A DNA stretch of 64,000 bases from Ostreococcus lucimarinus (lineage: Eukaryota): assembly GCA_000092065.1 (NCBI GenBank), contig CP000598.1; one strand, written 5' to 3'. Below, in pieces: positions 9,491 to 19,954 of the stretch. Position 1 is the stretch's first letter. Each line of letters starts with the position of its first letter. The notes under the pieces are model-generated. The model had not been told where the DNA came from and did no database searches. It was given only the letters and a program-made list of their open reading frames with translations. Both the position numbers and the translations under genes were made by a program.

Positions 9491-10696
9491 CTATACCATA
9501 CCTAAGGCTAGCTCATTCAGACGATGGGAAACGCCCTTGACGACGCGCTCGTACGTAAATTCTTGCATCAACGCGCGAGCATTTGCTGTGATATCACGCA
9601 ACTTCGTTAGCGATTCGCCATCGGTGTTCGCCACAATCTTCGTTTTTTCCACTAAATCGTGCAAATCTCCAGATATTCCGATGTAGTGTACTCCATCTAC
9701 CAGCTTGTCGCTGTAATAGTGCTTGAAATTTGACTTGACGAGGAACAGGACGCTCCCGCTTTCCATGCGCCAACGGTTTCCCCACGCGTCGACGTTTCCA
9801 TCGATTTCGAGGATACCTTTGTGCGTGATCCAATGCTGTTCCGATACGTGCGGGCTAATGCGTACATTTGTTTGTCCTTTACACGATTGTACCCTTCGCG
9901 TGATCTCGACGTCGAGCCAAGGAACATTTATGGATGATTGCACCGCTCGCACGCGCGGAAGTTCAACGCACGCGGTAACCCTTTCGTTCACGTCGACGCG
10001 AGCGGGTTCTTCTATTTCGCATTTTGTTGACATACCAGACGTCGAGCCTCTCCAGAATACGTCGGATTTGCGTTCATCAAACGGAATCTCACGTTCACGC
10101 AGATTCCGAAGCAACGGTTTGAACCCGTCGCGCTTGATGAAGTGGAAGTTTGGCGCGAGCACGACTGATTCGTCGGTGAAACAATCCACATTGATAGAAT
10201 GCGCCAGAATGAAAGTGTTCAAGGATTTCAATTCCCGTTTCAGCTCCCTCGGCATAGAGGCATCGTCGTCAATCACCCAAAGGAGTCGTAGAGCCACGTC
10301 GCTTCGTTCTCCTTGGTTCTGTCGCCGTTCCACAGCGACGTCTCGGAGAAACCGCAGGGCACTTTTAAAGTAGCTACGATTCAGCGGTTCACGCCTGCGT
10401 GCGACGAAGGTGTACGACGACGGCGAAGTCGCCTCCGGATGAATGGTGAAACACGCGACGTCTTTACCCAAGCCAAATGAACTGAACTTCAGCATTCGTT
10501 CCCTCACGTCGCCGCAGCAGTTCCGACAGTGCGTCCAAGCATCTTCTCGCATCCACATCTCGCTCAAATACTTCACCGAGCGCTCGCATCCGCGTGTTAT
10601 GAACTGCAAAGACAATACAAACTTCAACAACCAAAAAGCCAACAGCACGCGCAAACCGAGCCGACGTGCGGAGGTTTTCATGGCTGCGGTGGACAT
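9491..10696 (-). CDS. GT90-family glycosyltransferase (CAP10 / protein O-glucosyltransferase-like), membrane anchored. Copy 1.
   Basis: 401 aa. N-terminal TM LRVLLAFWLLKFVLSL; FWRGSTSGM; THKGILEIDGNVDAWGNRWRMESGSVLFLVKS...HYYSDKLVDGVHYIGISGDLHDLVEKTKI. These fit the Glyco_transf_90 pattern (FWRG ... KY.IDIDGN..S.R...L..SVV.K ... HY.P...DLSDL.EK). About 90% identical to 26028-27245. Confidence 0.75.
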   Translation of the reverse strand: MSTAAMKTSARRLGLRVLLAFWLLKFVLSLQFITRGCERSVKYLSEMWMREDAWTHCRNCCGDVRERMLKFSSFGLGKDVACFTIHPEATSPSSYTFVARRREPLNRSYFKSALRFLRDVAVERRQNQGERSDVALRLLWVIDDDASMPRELKRELKSLNTFILAHSINVDCFTDESVVLAPNFHFIKRDGFKPLLRNLREREIPFDERKSDVFWRGSTSGMSTKCEIEEPARVDVNERVTACVELPRVRAVQSSINVPWLDVEITRRVQSCKGQTNVRISPHVSEQHWITHKGILEIDGNVDAWGNRWRMESGSVLFLVKSNFKHYYSDKLVDGVHYIGISGDLHDLVEKTKIVANTDGESLTKLRDITANARALMQEFTYERVVKGVSHRLNELALGMV

Positions 10697-11005
10697 GTCG
10701 AAAAGCTCATAATCACTGCGATTTACCCGAGTCTATGTGTATGAGCGTGCCGTTGTAAATCGAACGCGTCGCGGAGTGGAACGAGTATGCGAACGAGCGA
10801 AAGGCGCCCTCGTTTGCGCAGAAATTTCAAAATCGAGAGGCACGCCGCACTTGTTGACACGTGGTGTACTCTAAGACGAGTGGTGCTCACGATAACTCGA
10901 TGCGCTCTACTATGAAACTTTAACTTTGGATGCGCATTAAAGCTGCTGCGCGGATATGGCGTCGCGTGAAACAACGGAACGGGCGTTGATAGCACTTCGG
11001 TATAC

Positions 11006-12247
11006 GTGAGATTCCACACCCTAGAGCGAGATATCGACGTCAAGGACAGTGCGATGCCGGTGAAACGCCGTGAGCGAACACGAATGATGCGTGCGTTTTT
11101 CCTCTCATCAGCGCTCTTCTACGGGTCTACTCAGCTCAGATCTCAAAGGTACGTGACGTCACAGAGAACTAATTCGAGTTGCTTCACGACGCCCGACTAC
11201 GACGAGTATTGCGTGTTAGAAGATGTATGCGTCACACGTGGTGGACTTTTGGTCTCGACAGCGCTTACGACGCTCAAATCGGACGGGCATGAAATCAGTA
11301 GACTTTCCAACTTACCCACGGTGGATATGTCAAAGTTTCACCAGCTACCACTGAGGGCGTACGTGGACGTAAAAGTCGACCCGGTGATTTTCACGCACGC
11401 TCTCAATAAGAACCACACGTCGAATCTGTTCGTGATCGCTCCAGACGACAAACGCGGCGCAAATCCCTTTCATTTCGCGCAATCTGCCATGTTCTTTTTT
11501 CACAGCGCTCTCAGGACGCTAGAGAATTCGGATAGCTCTTCTGTCGTGATAATTTTTAGACAGCGGCCGCCCGCTCAAAGTTGGATTGATAGTTTGACTC
11601 AGCAGATCTTTGGCGACGTCAGGGTCGTTTATGGTGACGAGTTGACATCGCCTATTTGTGCCAGAAGAGTTGTCGTCGCTGGAACTATGATAGGTTTACT
11701 TCAAGGCCCATATGACGCTCAATTATTTCGAGACCGAGTGTATGGCAATCTCAAAATCAACCCGAAACGAATAAACAGAGCGGATTTGCGAGTGACACTG
11801 ATTGATAGAAAGAAGAGACGTGTCACTAACGTAGGCGAATTACAAGAAATATTGGATGAGCGTCGACTTTGGTACAAAACTGTTCGGCTCGATACGCTTT
11901 CTTTCAAGGAGCAAGTGTCCCTCATGTCAGAAACAGACTTGCTCATTTCATCGCATGGCGCCGATCTTACGAACGTTATATTCATGCAACGAGAAAGCGC
12001 AGTCATTGAGCTCTTTCCTTCGACGGTTTGGTACTATGAGCTCTACGCAAAAATCGCACGGAACGCCGGATTGTTCCACACGTACGCTCTCGGCGATCAA
12101 ACGCACGCCGTTACGAAGACCATTGCGGAGTGCTTTGAAAGTGCCTGTCTGACCGAACTGAAACGCGACTTTATGATACCGCCTGAACGTTTTCGTACTT
12201 CTCTCGATCACGCGCTCAGTCTCCTTGGAGTCGCCAACGCAGTCTAG
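11006..12247 (+). CDS. GT61-family (DUF563, EOGT/xylosyltransferase-like) glycosyltransferase.
   Basis: 413 aa. Motif EQVSLMSETDLLISSHGADLTNVIFMQRESAVIELFPS matches DUF563 (adVLvGvHGAgLtNllFm.pgs.viEl.P). There is a hydrophobic N-terminal segment. An alternative start is at 11054 (MPVKRR). Confidence 0.7.
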   Translation: MRFHTLERDIDVKDSAMPVKRRERTRMMRAFFLSSALFYGSTQLRSQRYVTSQRTNSSCFTTPDYDEYCVLEDVCVTRGGLLVSTALTTLKSDGHEISRLSNLPTVDMSKFHQLPLRAYVDVKVDPVIFTHALNKNHTSNLFVIAPDDKRGANPFHFAQSAMFFFHSALRTLENSDSSSVVIIFRQRPPAQSWIDSLTQQIFGDVRVVYGDELTSPICARRVVVAGTMIGLLQGPYDAQLFRDRVYGNLKINPKRINRADLRVTLIDRKKRRVTNVGELQEILDERRLWYKTVRLDTLSFKEQVSLMSETDLLISSHGADLTNVIFMQRESAVIELFPSTVWYYELYAKIARNAGLFHTYALGDQTHAVTKTIAECFESACLTELKRDFMIPPERFRTSLDHALSLLGVANAV

Positions 12248-12274
12248 TAGATTGATCCGCTTCGAGTTGCGGCA

Positions 12275-13600
12275 TTAGACACGACGTTCAGTGGCGGTCC
12301 AAAAGTCCCAACGCGCGTTCGTGCAATCATCAAAGTACGAGAAGCACGGGTGAGGAGGAAACGTGATCGAGGAAGCTAAGCCGCTGTAAGTACTATTCGA
12401 TCCAACAATACACGATGCTTGAGATAGAACATAAAGCTCAGCAAAAGTATCCATATTCCCTTTTCGCATACTCCGCTTGAAGACGCTCCAACTTCTGTCG
12501 ATGTGAAAAACATTGGTACTGTGCACAGTGCGCACGCCTCGAGCCGACACCAAAGCTGAACTTTTTAGTTCGTCACTATCAGAAAATAAAACTATTGGAG
12601 CGACATGAGTGGTCAACGAATCCTTTGCGTTATCGCGTGTGTGTTCCACGAGCAGCTGTCGCTTCATTTCTGCACAGTCAAAAAACTTTGTCACATCCTC
12701 AATATCGTGGCGCTTCGGGTCAATCCAACCAACGACTCGATTTGAACGTTTCATCTTTCCACCGATCCGTGCGTGGACGGCGATGAAAGGTGAATTGTCT
12801 TGAAGACGAAGCTCTTGAAGCATTTCTAAGGCTCGACGTTTGACGTTGGGCGCAAAGTGAAACAGGTTAGTAAACGCAAAACTAAAAGTATGAGCAGCAC
12901 TCGAATCATGTGCAAGCGTGCTTCCACACTGTGAACTACGGTATTGCGTCATTTTGCCCTTAAAATATTCGGCCACGCCATCAGATCGTGTTCGTGTAGA
13001 CTGATGAGGATCTGACCACAAAAAAATTCCGACATAGTACCGGTTGATGTGAAGTCTAATTGTGGGTGTTCCAGCTCTTTGCAACGCTTCGATCCTTTCG
13101 AGGTCCTTTGAGGGGACTTTGGAATCCACCATGAAAATTTCGGTCTCTTTGAACCCCGTCGAAGCGCATACGCGCTTGCTTTTATGTTTATGGTCCCATC
13201 GAACTGTCTTCGGAACCAAAGTGTGCGTTAGCGGGAAAGGAGACTTGTACTCAATGAAAAATGCCCTATCCAATACGACGGCGAGATAAAACGCACTCAT
13301 GATACCACTCATTCGGTCACCTACACCCCCACAGAGCTTGTCGCAGACGTATATCAAGGACGGTACGCACTGACCCTCCTGCGATCGTCGCACAGCGTTC
13401 GCGTGGAAATCAGCGTAACGCTGAAACCAGCAAGATTCCCGACGGTCAGTGTACAAGGCGCTAACGGAACCGTTGAATCTATTGACGTGCAGATCGCCTT
13501 CGAAACTTTGACCCGTTAGTTTCAGCACACCATAAGTTAAGATGAGTCCCACGGGACAGACTGAAAACTTTGTGAGACGCTTCGAAGACGTCTTCTTCAT
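12275..13600 (-). CDS. Putative fucosyltransferase-like GT-B glycosyltransferase (GT23/NodZ/O-FucT superfamily).
   Basis: 441 aa. TM near the N-terminus. CGGVGDRMSGIMSAFYLAVVLDRAFFI resembles the N-terminal Gly-rich motif of GT23/O-FucT. FIAVHARIGG resembles the HxRRGD motif. The family call is tentative. Confidence 0.5.
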   Translation of the reverse strand: MKKTSSKRLTKFSVCPVGLILTYGVLKLTGQSFEGDLHVNRFNGSVSALYTDRRESCWFQRYADFHANAVRRSQEGQCVPSLIYVCDKLCGGVGDRMSGIMSAFYLAVVLDRAFFIEYKSPFPLTHTLVPKTVRWDHKHKSKRVCASTGFKETEIFMVDSKVPSKDLERIEALQRAGTPTIRLHINRYYVGIFLWSDPHQSTRTRSDGVAEYFKGKMTQYRSSQCGSTLAHDSSAAHTFSFAFTNLFHFAPNVKRRALEMLQELRLQDNSPFIAVHARIGGKMKRSNRVVGWIDPKRHDIEDVTKFFDCAEMKRQLLVEHTRDNAKDSLTTHVAPIVLFSDSDELKSSALVSARGVRTVHSTNVFHIDRSWSVFKRSMRKGNMDTFAELYVLSQASCIVGSNSTYSGLASSITFPPHPCFSYFDDCTNARWDFWTATERRV

Positions 13601-14202
13601 GCCTTCCGTCTACTCGACGCCTAGATATTGATCATGAAGCCTTCTTTCCAAGCTAAATGCCGATCGTAGGTTCTTCTCTGAAGCGTCGAAACGAGTATTA
13701 GTCGTGCGCCCTGCTACTGTACAGGGGCGGACGACTGGCGACCCGTTCGGTGTTTGGACCGGGTTTACTGAGTCAGGTGGTTCGTGTGGTGCGGTGCGAA
13801 CTTTCGACAACCAGTGCTCACGTTTGCAACCCCATGAATGAGTACAAATCGTAGTTAACTCTCGCCAGGCGCACGGCACTGACGACACGGCAACGCCAGG
13901 AGCGCGGTCGACCTAAATAATAAGTCTACGACACTCTAGGACACTACTTTACAAACTTTACAGAAGGAGTGCACGCGCCTTTAGCGCCACGTACACGCGC
14001 GATAGTCCTCGCCCTTCCACGCTCTATCTCTACTATGGCCGCGAAAGCTATGTATCTATGAACGGGGTGGGGTATGAGGGACCTCGCAAACTTCCTACGC
14101 GCTTGCCATGTTTTAGGGCTTGATCTGTGGTCATACCTGGAGCGCAACAGATTTACGAATATCACCTTAGAGCGTACTTATTCTATGCGTTGGAACGATG
14201 TT

Positions 14203-15249
14203 TCAGCTCGCTTTTTTCACGCAATGTTTGGGAACTAAAAGAGGTTTCCAGCAAATATTATGCACCGATCCTGGCGCGCTCATTTTTCCTGCCTGAACGG
14301 ATGTAAGCTCCTTCAAAGAGCATCCTTGTCGCTGAAAAGTGTGCGGTAAGTAACCTAATAGCTTCATGTGATCGATCATGTCGATGAGTGTACAATTGGT
14401 ATATTGCTGAAGACCAGGATTATACTCAGTTAAAATTGTACATGGGTTGCCACCATGTAAGGTCGCCGCCGCGCCTTTCAAGACGCGACACTCATTTCCT
14501 TCAATATCCATTTTCATGAAGGCGATAGGATTCGAACCACTGCCTAGTATTTCATCAAGGGTTATGGACTTCATTTCTTCGGCACAGTGCCCCGTCGCTC
14601 CTTTTGTTTTTCTTTGGCCACCTCCACAGAAAGGATGATCTGCAAACTGAGTAAACGGTACTAGAATACCGTCGCTCGGGTTTCCAATAGGCCGGCACAC
14701 ACAAAACCGTTCGGATTTTGACGCAGGATCAGCAAGTGGCGTATTATGTAGTTTCAACAGCGTGGTCCAGCCGTTGTGATCTGCGCTACAGCGTAACAGA
14801 TTCGCGTTATCCGGGAGTGCCTCCACGGCGACCACTTCGCGGCCCAGAGAAAGCGCAACACTCGTCATAACACCGACATTTGCACCTATATCGACCATCA
14901 TTCCATCTGCAATACTGAGTTGACGCCGAATCAAATTGCTTATCGCTGGCTCGAAAGTGCCCTTCGCCTTAACAGTAGAAGTGATCGCATCGCCCGAATG
15001 AAAAAGCCACGGATTTCCATCGACCGATAGAAGCTGAGCCTGCCGGACGCCGCAGTTAAATCTGCTGGAACGAGCTGCGTTATTGTCACGTACAGGAGAT
15101 TCACTCAAAGCTGTACGAATGTACCAGCACGCGATACAGGCGGCGCAGAAGGCGCAAACAGTCACCAAAGTACTCCTCTTAACAAGTGACGCAACAGCCG
15201 GGAACGAACTTTTCAACCGCCCGGGGTTCGGTTTCGCCATACTCACCAC
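14203..15249 (-). CDS. FkbM-family SAM-dependent methyltransferase, membrane anchored.
   Basis: 348 aa. TM LVTVCAFCAACIACWYI; MVDIGANVGVMTSVALSLGREVVAVEALP and FMKMDIEGNECRVLKGA match the FkbM motifs. Confidence 0.75.
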   Translation of the reverse strand: MVSMAKPNPGRLKSSFPAVASLVKRSTLVTVCAFCAACIACWYIRTALSESPVRDNNAARSSRFNCGVRQAQLLSVDGNPWLFHSGDAITSTVKAKGTFEPAISNLIRRQLSIADGMMVDIGANVGVMTSVALSLGREVVAVEALPDNANLLRCSADHNGWTTLLKLHNTPLADPASKSERFCVCRPIGNPSDGILVPFTQFADHPFCGGGQRKTKGATGHCAEEMKSITLDEILGSGSNPIAFMKMDIEGNECRVLKGAAATLHGGNPCTILTEYNPGLQQYTNCTLIDMIDHMKLLGYLPHTFQRQGCSLKELTSVQAGKMSAPGSVHNICWKPLLVPKHCVKKAS

Positions 15250-15522
15250 TATTTGTGCGCGATGCGTTCGCGGTAATGCGCACCGGGGATGGGAAATGGC
15301 GATCGTATGCGTCGTGTGAGCTTTGAATCGATAGCGACCGTGTATGAAGCCGGAGTGACCTCGTACTCACCCTTGAACGACATCGCCGTGAAAACTTATA
15401 GCGTTCGCTCTAAAACTGATAGTATTTATTCACTACGTACTAGATTACTAAGGCTAAACATCTCTTGAATATGTCGCGAGATTGCCGCGCGCAAGAGCGC
15501 TACCAAGAAGAGGATGTCACTA

Positions 15523-17895
15523 CTAATACCAGTAAAGACACTGCTGAAACATTTCCAACGTTTCCTCGTCGGCGTGAAAACGTTCCATACGTATTTCTTC
15601 GTGGCGATTTTTAACATCTTCAACCGCCGACCGTCGCCTGGAAGACAACGTCACGTAGTCGTAGTGCTTGGCGATAGTTTTCATCGCATCGTGACGTTTT
15701 GATCTTCTCTCGTTGATTTTGTCACTTCCAAGATTTGGGGCTTCGTGCTTTCCGGCTTGTTTCATGCTGCAAGCACAAAGTTCTAGATCGCCTCCATTTT
15801 CCGGTCGAGGGCATCTCGCGCGCTTTGTACCGATGCCCAAGGTTGTTTGCAATACAGCACTTATCCAAAAGTCTTCCGCATTGTAAAGTAAAGGAGGGGG
15901 CGCGCGAAACGCGGCCTGTAACCAGACCATCCTCCCAGCCCACAAATGACCTCCAAAATCGTATTCATCATCTTCGTCAAACGTATCAACCGGACCTTCT
16001 TTCCAGTGACCTCGCCAATCGAATTCTAAAAACTTTTCGTTCAAAAATCTACCATTTCTCGTCGCCAAAAAGCCTTCATCGACGACACGCAGCATGTTCT
16101 CAAAGTACCTCGATCCGAACATAACGTCATCATCCAAAACAATAAACGTTGCGTGTGGAGTCGTTTGTACGAACATCGGCGCGAGAAAGCGACCGTAATA
16201 ACCCGTTTCAACTTTAGAATGCACGTGATATACGTGTGGTGGAACACCCGACCAAGCCTCTGAGCTATTCCATCGATGAAGCGCGTCGCTAATATCCACG
16301 TGCTCCCCGTTTTGAACGACAACGATGGCAGTTCTTTTCGTCATCAGCGTCGTCTGTTTGCTTATCATTTTCATCACTTGTGTGATTGTTTTACGTTTCC
16401 AAACCGTCACGACGACCACATTCTCGTACGGCGCAGTGGAGTGTTCATTATGAAACGAAGACGATACTGGAAGTGTCTTTGGCGGCGGCGTTCTCAACAT
16501 TGTCTCGAGGATGCGCACGATGTTTCCAGCAGCATTCCCATCGCCATAAGTTTTCTTCGAGCCTGACATGGATCTATAAGAATCGGGATCTTTCAGCAAA
16601 GACGCCGCTTCGGTGTATATACTTTCTGCACCGTGACCAACTAGTTTTGCGGCGCCCGCGAGCACTCCTTCTGGTCTCTCTGTTGTGTCTCTGAGCACTA
16701 ACACCGGTTTTCCTAGAGTGACCGCTTCCTCTTGGATACCTCCCGAATCTGTCATGACGAAAAAACTCTCTTTCATCATGAATAATAAATCTGCATGGTC
16801 TAGAGGTGGTACTATCAGCAATCGCCGTAAGTGCGTAGTCGTTGGCGGCGCGTGGTCCGACTGTACAAGGCTGTGGAATGTATCAACGCCGAAGTGCTGT
16901 TCTGCTAAGTGCTTCACCATAGGGTTCAAGTGAATGGGATAAATCACGACGACGTCAGGGTATTCTTGCAGAAGCTTCTCTATGCTTGTGAAGATGTTGA
17001 GTATGGGTTCGCCAAGGTTTTCACGTCGATGAGCGGTGAGAAGTAACAGCCTCACGTCGCGCAGAGTGGATACAGTCTTCACGACTTTGGATAGCTCAAT
17101 CACTCGATCACTCGGTTCAGTCTTTAAAATTGCATATAGGGCATCGACAACAGTGTTACCGGTTGTAAACACATTCGTGCGTCTACCCTCGTCGTACAGA
17201 TTTTTTGCCGCGTGTTCGGTGGGTGCGAAGTGATACGTCGCCATAACTGAGATACACTGTCTATTGACTTCTTCGGGAAAGGGTGAGTAGATATCACGCG
17301 TACGAAGACCCGCTTCGATGTGTCCAACTGGTATTTTCAAGTAAAACGCCGCCAAAGACGTGATAAACGCTGTCGTTGTATCGCCCTGCACGAGCACCGC
17401 GTCTGGTTTTGACGAACGTAGCACGCCGTCTACCGCGCGCACCGCGCTCGATGTGAGCTCTGCGAGCTGTTGATTTGGCTTCATCAGCGCTAGCTCGTGT
17501 TGAATTTTATCTTGCAAGCTGAACTGGCGCAGAACTTGCTCAAGCATCTGTTTGTGTTGACCCGTGGAGATCAGTATCGCACTCAGAGTCGACGATCTGG
17601 CCACCGCTTGAATCACCGGAGCCATTTTCACAGCCTCTGGTCGCGTACCGAAGACAATCGCGATTTTGATTTCAGCAGAATAGGCCGTTCTGTCGAAACG
17701 TTCTGACTCGATATCTTTCATCGAGTCCAACGAGGGCGTGGGAGGATCGCCTTTTCGCGGCCAACCGGCATGTTTGTTCACCGATAGCAGGGCGGCGAAA
17801 CACAACGAGACTAGCGAGACTAACGAGACTAACGAGATCAGAGTTCTCGCTCTTCGGCGATCGAGGACGAGGATACTTTTTAACCGTCCCATCAA
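15523..17895 (-). CDS. Fusion protein: N-terminal signal anchor, a non-hydrolysing UDP-GlcNAc 2-epimerase (WecB/Epimerase_2) domain, and a C-terminal GT64-like (EXT C-terminal type, DDD) glycosyltransferase domain.
   Basis: 790 aa. TM LISLVSLVSLVSLCFAALL, encoded by a 9-nt x3 tandem cgagactaa. The epimerase domain has IAIVFGTRPEAVKMAPVI ... GHIEAGLRTRDIYSPFPEEVNRQCISVMATYHFAPTEHAAKNLYDEG, the canonical WecB motif. The C-terminal domain has FIVLDDDVMF ... FGGHLWAGRMVWL ... NAEDFWISAVL, co-linear with the GT64 motifs (vLSLDDD, LTgaAF.H, CEDI.MNFLV). Confidence 0.8.
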   Translation of the reverse strand: MMGRLKSILVLDRRRARTLISLVSLVSLVSLCFAALLSVNKHAGWPRKGDPPTPSLDSMKDIESERFDRTAYSAEIKIAIVFGTRPEAVKMAPVIQAVARSSTLSAILISTGQHKQMLEQVLRQFSLQDKIQHELALMKPNQQLAELTSSAVRAVDGVLRSSKPDAVLVQGDTTTAFITSLAAFYLKIPVGHIEAGLRTRDIYSPFPEEVNRQCISVMATYHFAPTEHAAKNLYDEGRRTNVFTTGNTVVDALYAILKTEPSDRVIELSKVVKTVSTLRDVRLLLLTAHRRENLGEPILNIFTSIEKLLQEYPDVVVIYPIHLNPMVKHLAEQHFGVDTFHSLVQSDHAPPTTTHLRRLLIVPPLDHADLLFMMKESFFVMTDSGGIQEEAVTLGKPVLVLRDTTERPEGVLAGAAKLVGHGAESIYTEAASLLKDPDSYRSMSGSKKTYGDGNAAGNIVRILETMLRTPPPKTLPVSSSFHNEHSTAPYENVVVVTVWKRKTITQVMKMISKQTTLMTKRTAIVVVQNGEHVDISDALHRWNSSEAWSGVPPHVYHVHSKVETGYYGRFLAPMFVQTTPHATFIVLDDDVMFGSRYFENMLRVVDEGFLATRNGRFLNEKFLEFDWRGHWKEGPVDTFDEDDEYDFGGHLWAGRMVWLQAAFRAPPPLLYNAEDFWISAVLQTTLGIGTKRARCPRPENGGDLELCACSMKQAGKHEAPNLGSDKINERRSKRHDAMKTIAKHYDYVTLSSRRRSAVEDVKNRHEEIRMERFHADEETLEMFQQCLYWY

Positions 17896-18039
17896 CTCCG
17901 CGATGTATGCTGGCGTCGGAATCTTCGGGCACGCGGACGTCCTTCACGGAGGAATGAATCGTGGTTCGCCCGGGCTTCGCTAAATTTAGCTCGGTTTTGG
18001 CCGTTCATGACTCAAGAGTATGGGTAAAGGGTGAGGACT

Positions 18040-18312
18040 CCGCCGGGGTGTTTTTACCTCGTGCAACTTTTTTAGAAATCGATCACTTACAGCGACAAGC
18101 TAGTAGATGTGATACACTTCATCGGAATATCCGAAGATTTGCACGATTTGGCTGAGAAAACGAAGATTGTGGCGAACACCGATGGCGAATCGCTAACGAG
18201 GTTGCGTGAAATCACAGCAAATGCTCGCGCATTCATGCAAGAATTTACGTATGAGCGCGTCGTCACGGACGTTTCACATCGCCTGAATGAGCTAGCCCTA
18301 AGTATAGTATAG
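18040..18312 (+). pseudogene. Degenerate C-terminal fragment of a GT90 gene (duplicate of the 3' end of 9491-10696 / 26028-27245) in the opposite orientation.
   Basis: Translation ...LEID|DKLVDVIHFIGISEDLHDLAEKTKIVANTDGESLTRLREITANARAFMQEFTYERVVTDVSHRLNELALSIV matches the last ~70 aa of the GT90 paralogs, with an internal deletion after LEID. Confidence 0.8.
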
Positions 18313-18764
18313 TATCAGAAACAGAAACCTCCCGGCGACGTTTGTTCGCGAGCAAAGAAACGGCAACCTCACGAGCATCTTTGGCCACTTGAGCGCGCCA
18401 GTCTTCGTCGTCGCAAGCGGGAGCCGTCGTTGCCTCTGCTCCTCCCAGCGAGGCTGAAGATCGCTGAGAAGCCTTCTTACAACCTTTCCGTGCCGTCGAC
18501 ACGGTCGGAGACGCGCTTCGGCGCGCGCGAGGGTGCGTCATACGCGACAGAATCTGGCCCAAAAGTTAACGTGCCCATCGAGCTCCAACGGTCGTGTTCC
18601 GTCAACACCCACGCACAGAATTCAAACTTAAACGGTCGGATATCACGATACGCGGAAACATCGGTTGACTCCGCGCCGCCCGGACGCGCGCGCGGCGCGA
18701 AGTGGCGCGCGACGGCGCGACAAACGTCGACGTTAATTAAATTCATTATTTTACCCTCATACAT

Positions 18765-18860
18765 TATTTTCGAAATGCGAGCTATACCTAATACTATGCG
18801 ATCAATCGGGCCTGCGTCAATAAGTGATGATGATTACAAGTAGCTATCATTGATTAGTAC
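18765..18860. repeat. Divergent LTR-like fragment related to the copia LTR.
   Basis: gctatacctaatactatgcgatcaatcgggcctgcgtcaataagtgatgatgattacaa parallels the LTR start gctataccttatatgatggtgagcaatcgggcctagtgcgtcgataagtgatgataattacaa. Confidence 0.55.
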
Positions 18861-18882
18861 TCGATGGGCACGTTAACTTTTC

Positions 18883-19470
18883 GATTACGAAATATGCGAT
18901 GCTACGGCAGGGGGAGTAGCGCCCATCCCGAACACCACCATGGGAAACCCGCTATCGAGTTACACTAAATGAAAACTCAAATCTATTTTCACTTCGCGTA
19001 CGTACGCTAGGCGTGAGACTCTACACGGCGAGGTACGCTAAGTAAGATATTGAATACGATGTCCAAAGTATCGTCCCCACAGCTTCTTTGTATCGACCAG
19101 CATTTTCAATCCAGTTCAAGCGCGCTGCTTTGTTTGACGTGACGAATTGCGGCTTGAACGACACGAACATTCCATCGAAGGTTAGCGACGTTGTGTGACT
19201 CCATGTCCTCGATCGTTCGATCCCGTTGGTCTGGATGCTTCATCCAGAAAAGAGCCGTGGTTCGCGGCCATGCCGGATGCTCTCGTGCGGACGCTCTCGT
19301 GCGCACCATAGAACGCAGGTTCGGGTGGCACTTGCTCATCACGTGCCACAAGCCACAGGATTCAAAGCATGGTGGACTTTGATGCGTGAAACAGGTTCGT
19401 AGATGACAGCCGTTGTCACGAAGTCAAAGCTCTTTATCGGCGCACTTAAAGTGTATGCAGTAGACCAGAT
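18883..19470. repeat. Segmental duplicate equal to [22524-22880] joined directly to [24641-24850]. These are the flanks of the 22744-24342 gene, with the gene body absent.
   Basis: Near-identical strings run from cgattacgaaatatgcgat...ggatgcttcatccag (18883-19261 vs 22524-22879), then switch at the same point to aaaagagccgtggttcgcgg...aagtgtatgcagta (19262-19470 vs 24641-24850). Confidence 0.85.
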
Positions 19471-19954
19471 CCAAAAATAAACACAAGATAGTTTCGTCCT
19501 CGGAGCGACCTTCGGTGTAAAAGAATACAGACTGAGAGACTCACAGAACTAGCCTCTGACAGAACGTGGAGGGTAGAGGGGTCACCAGTGCTTTAACGAT
19601 CGAAAGACTTTGTCGAAGTGCCGCGTGTACATGAATTTCTGTGGTTTTATTCTCCCCGTTATCTCTGACGCGTGTCGGATCAATACCAGGTATGATATAT
19701 GGGTGAGTAATTTGTACATGAATACGGGAAGCTCGCCTAGGTTACCCCCGAAGGAGTAATCACTTTCGCGCCCCGCCGAACCGCCGTTCGTTTTCTGCGC
19801 GCCGGTGCGAGTGGCGTCAAAAGGCGCGGCGTCGCGTGGACATCGCGCGCAGCACTCGCGAACGCCCTCGAGGCGCGCGCGGTATTCGCGAGCATGTCGT
19901 CGAGATAATCTGCGAAAATCTAGACGCGCTCGACCGAGACGCCCGTCCGCCCGC

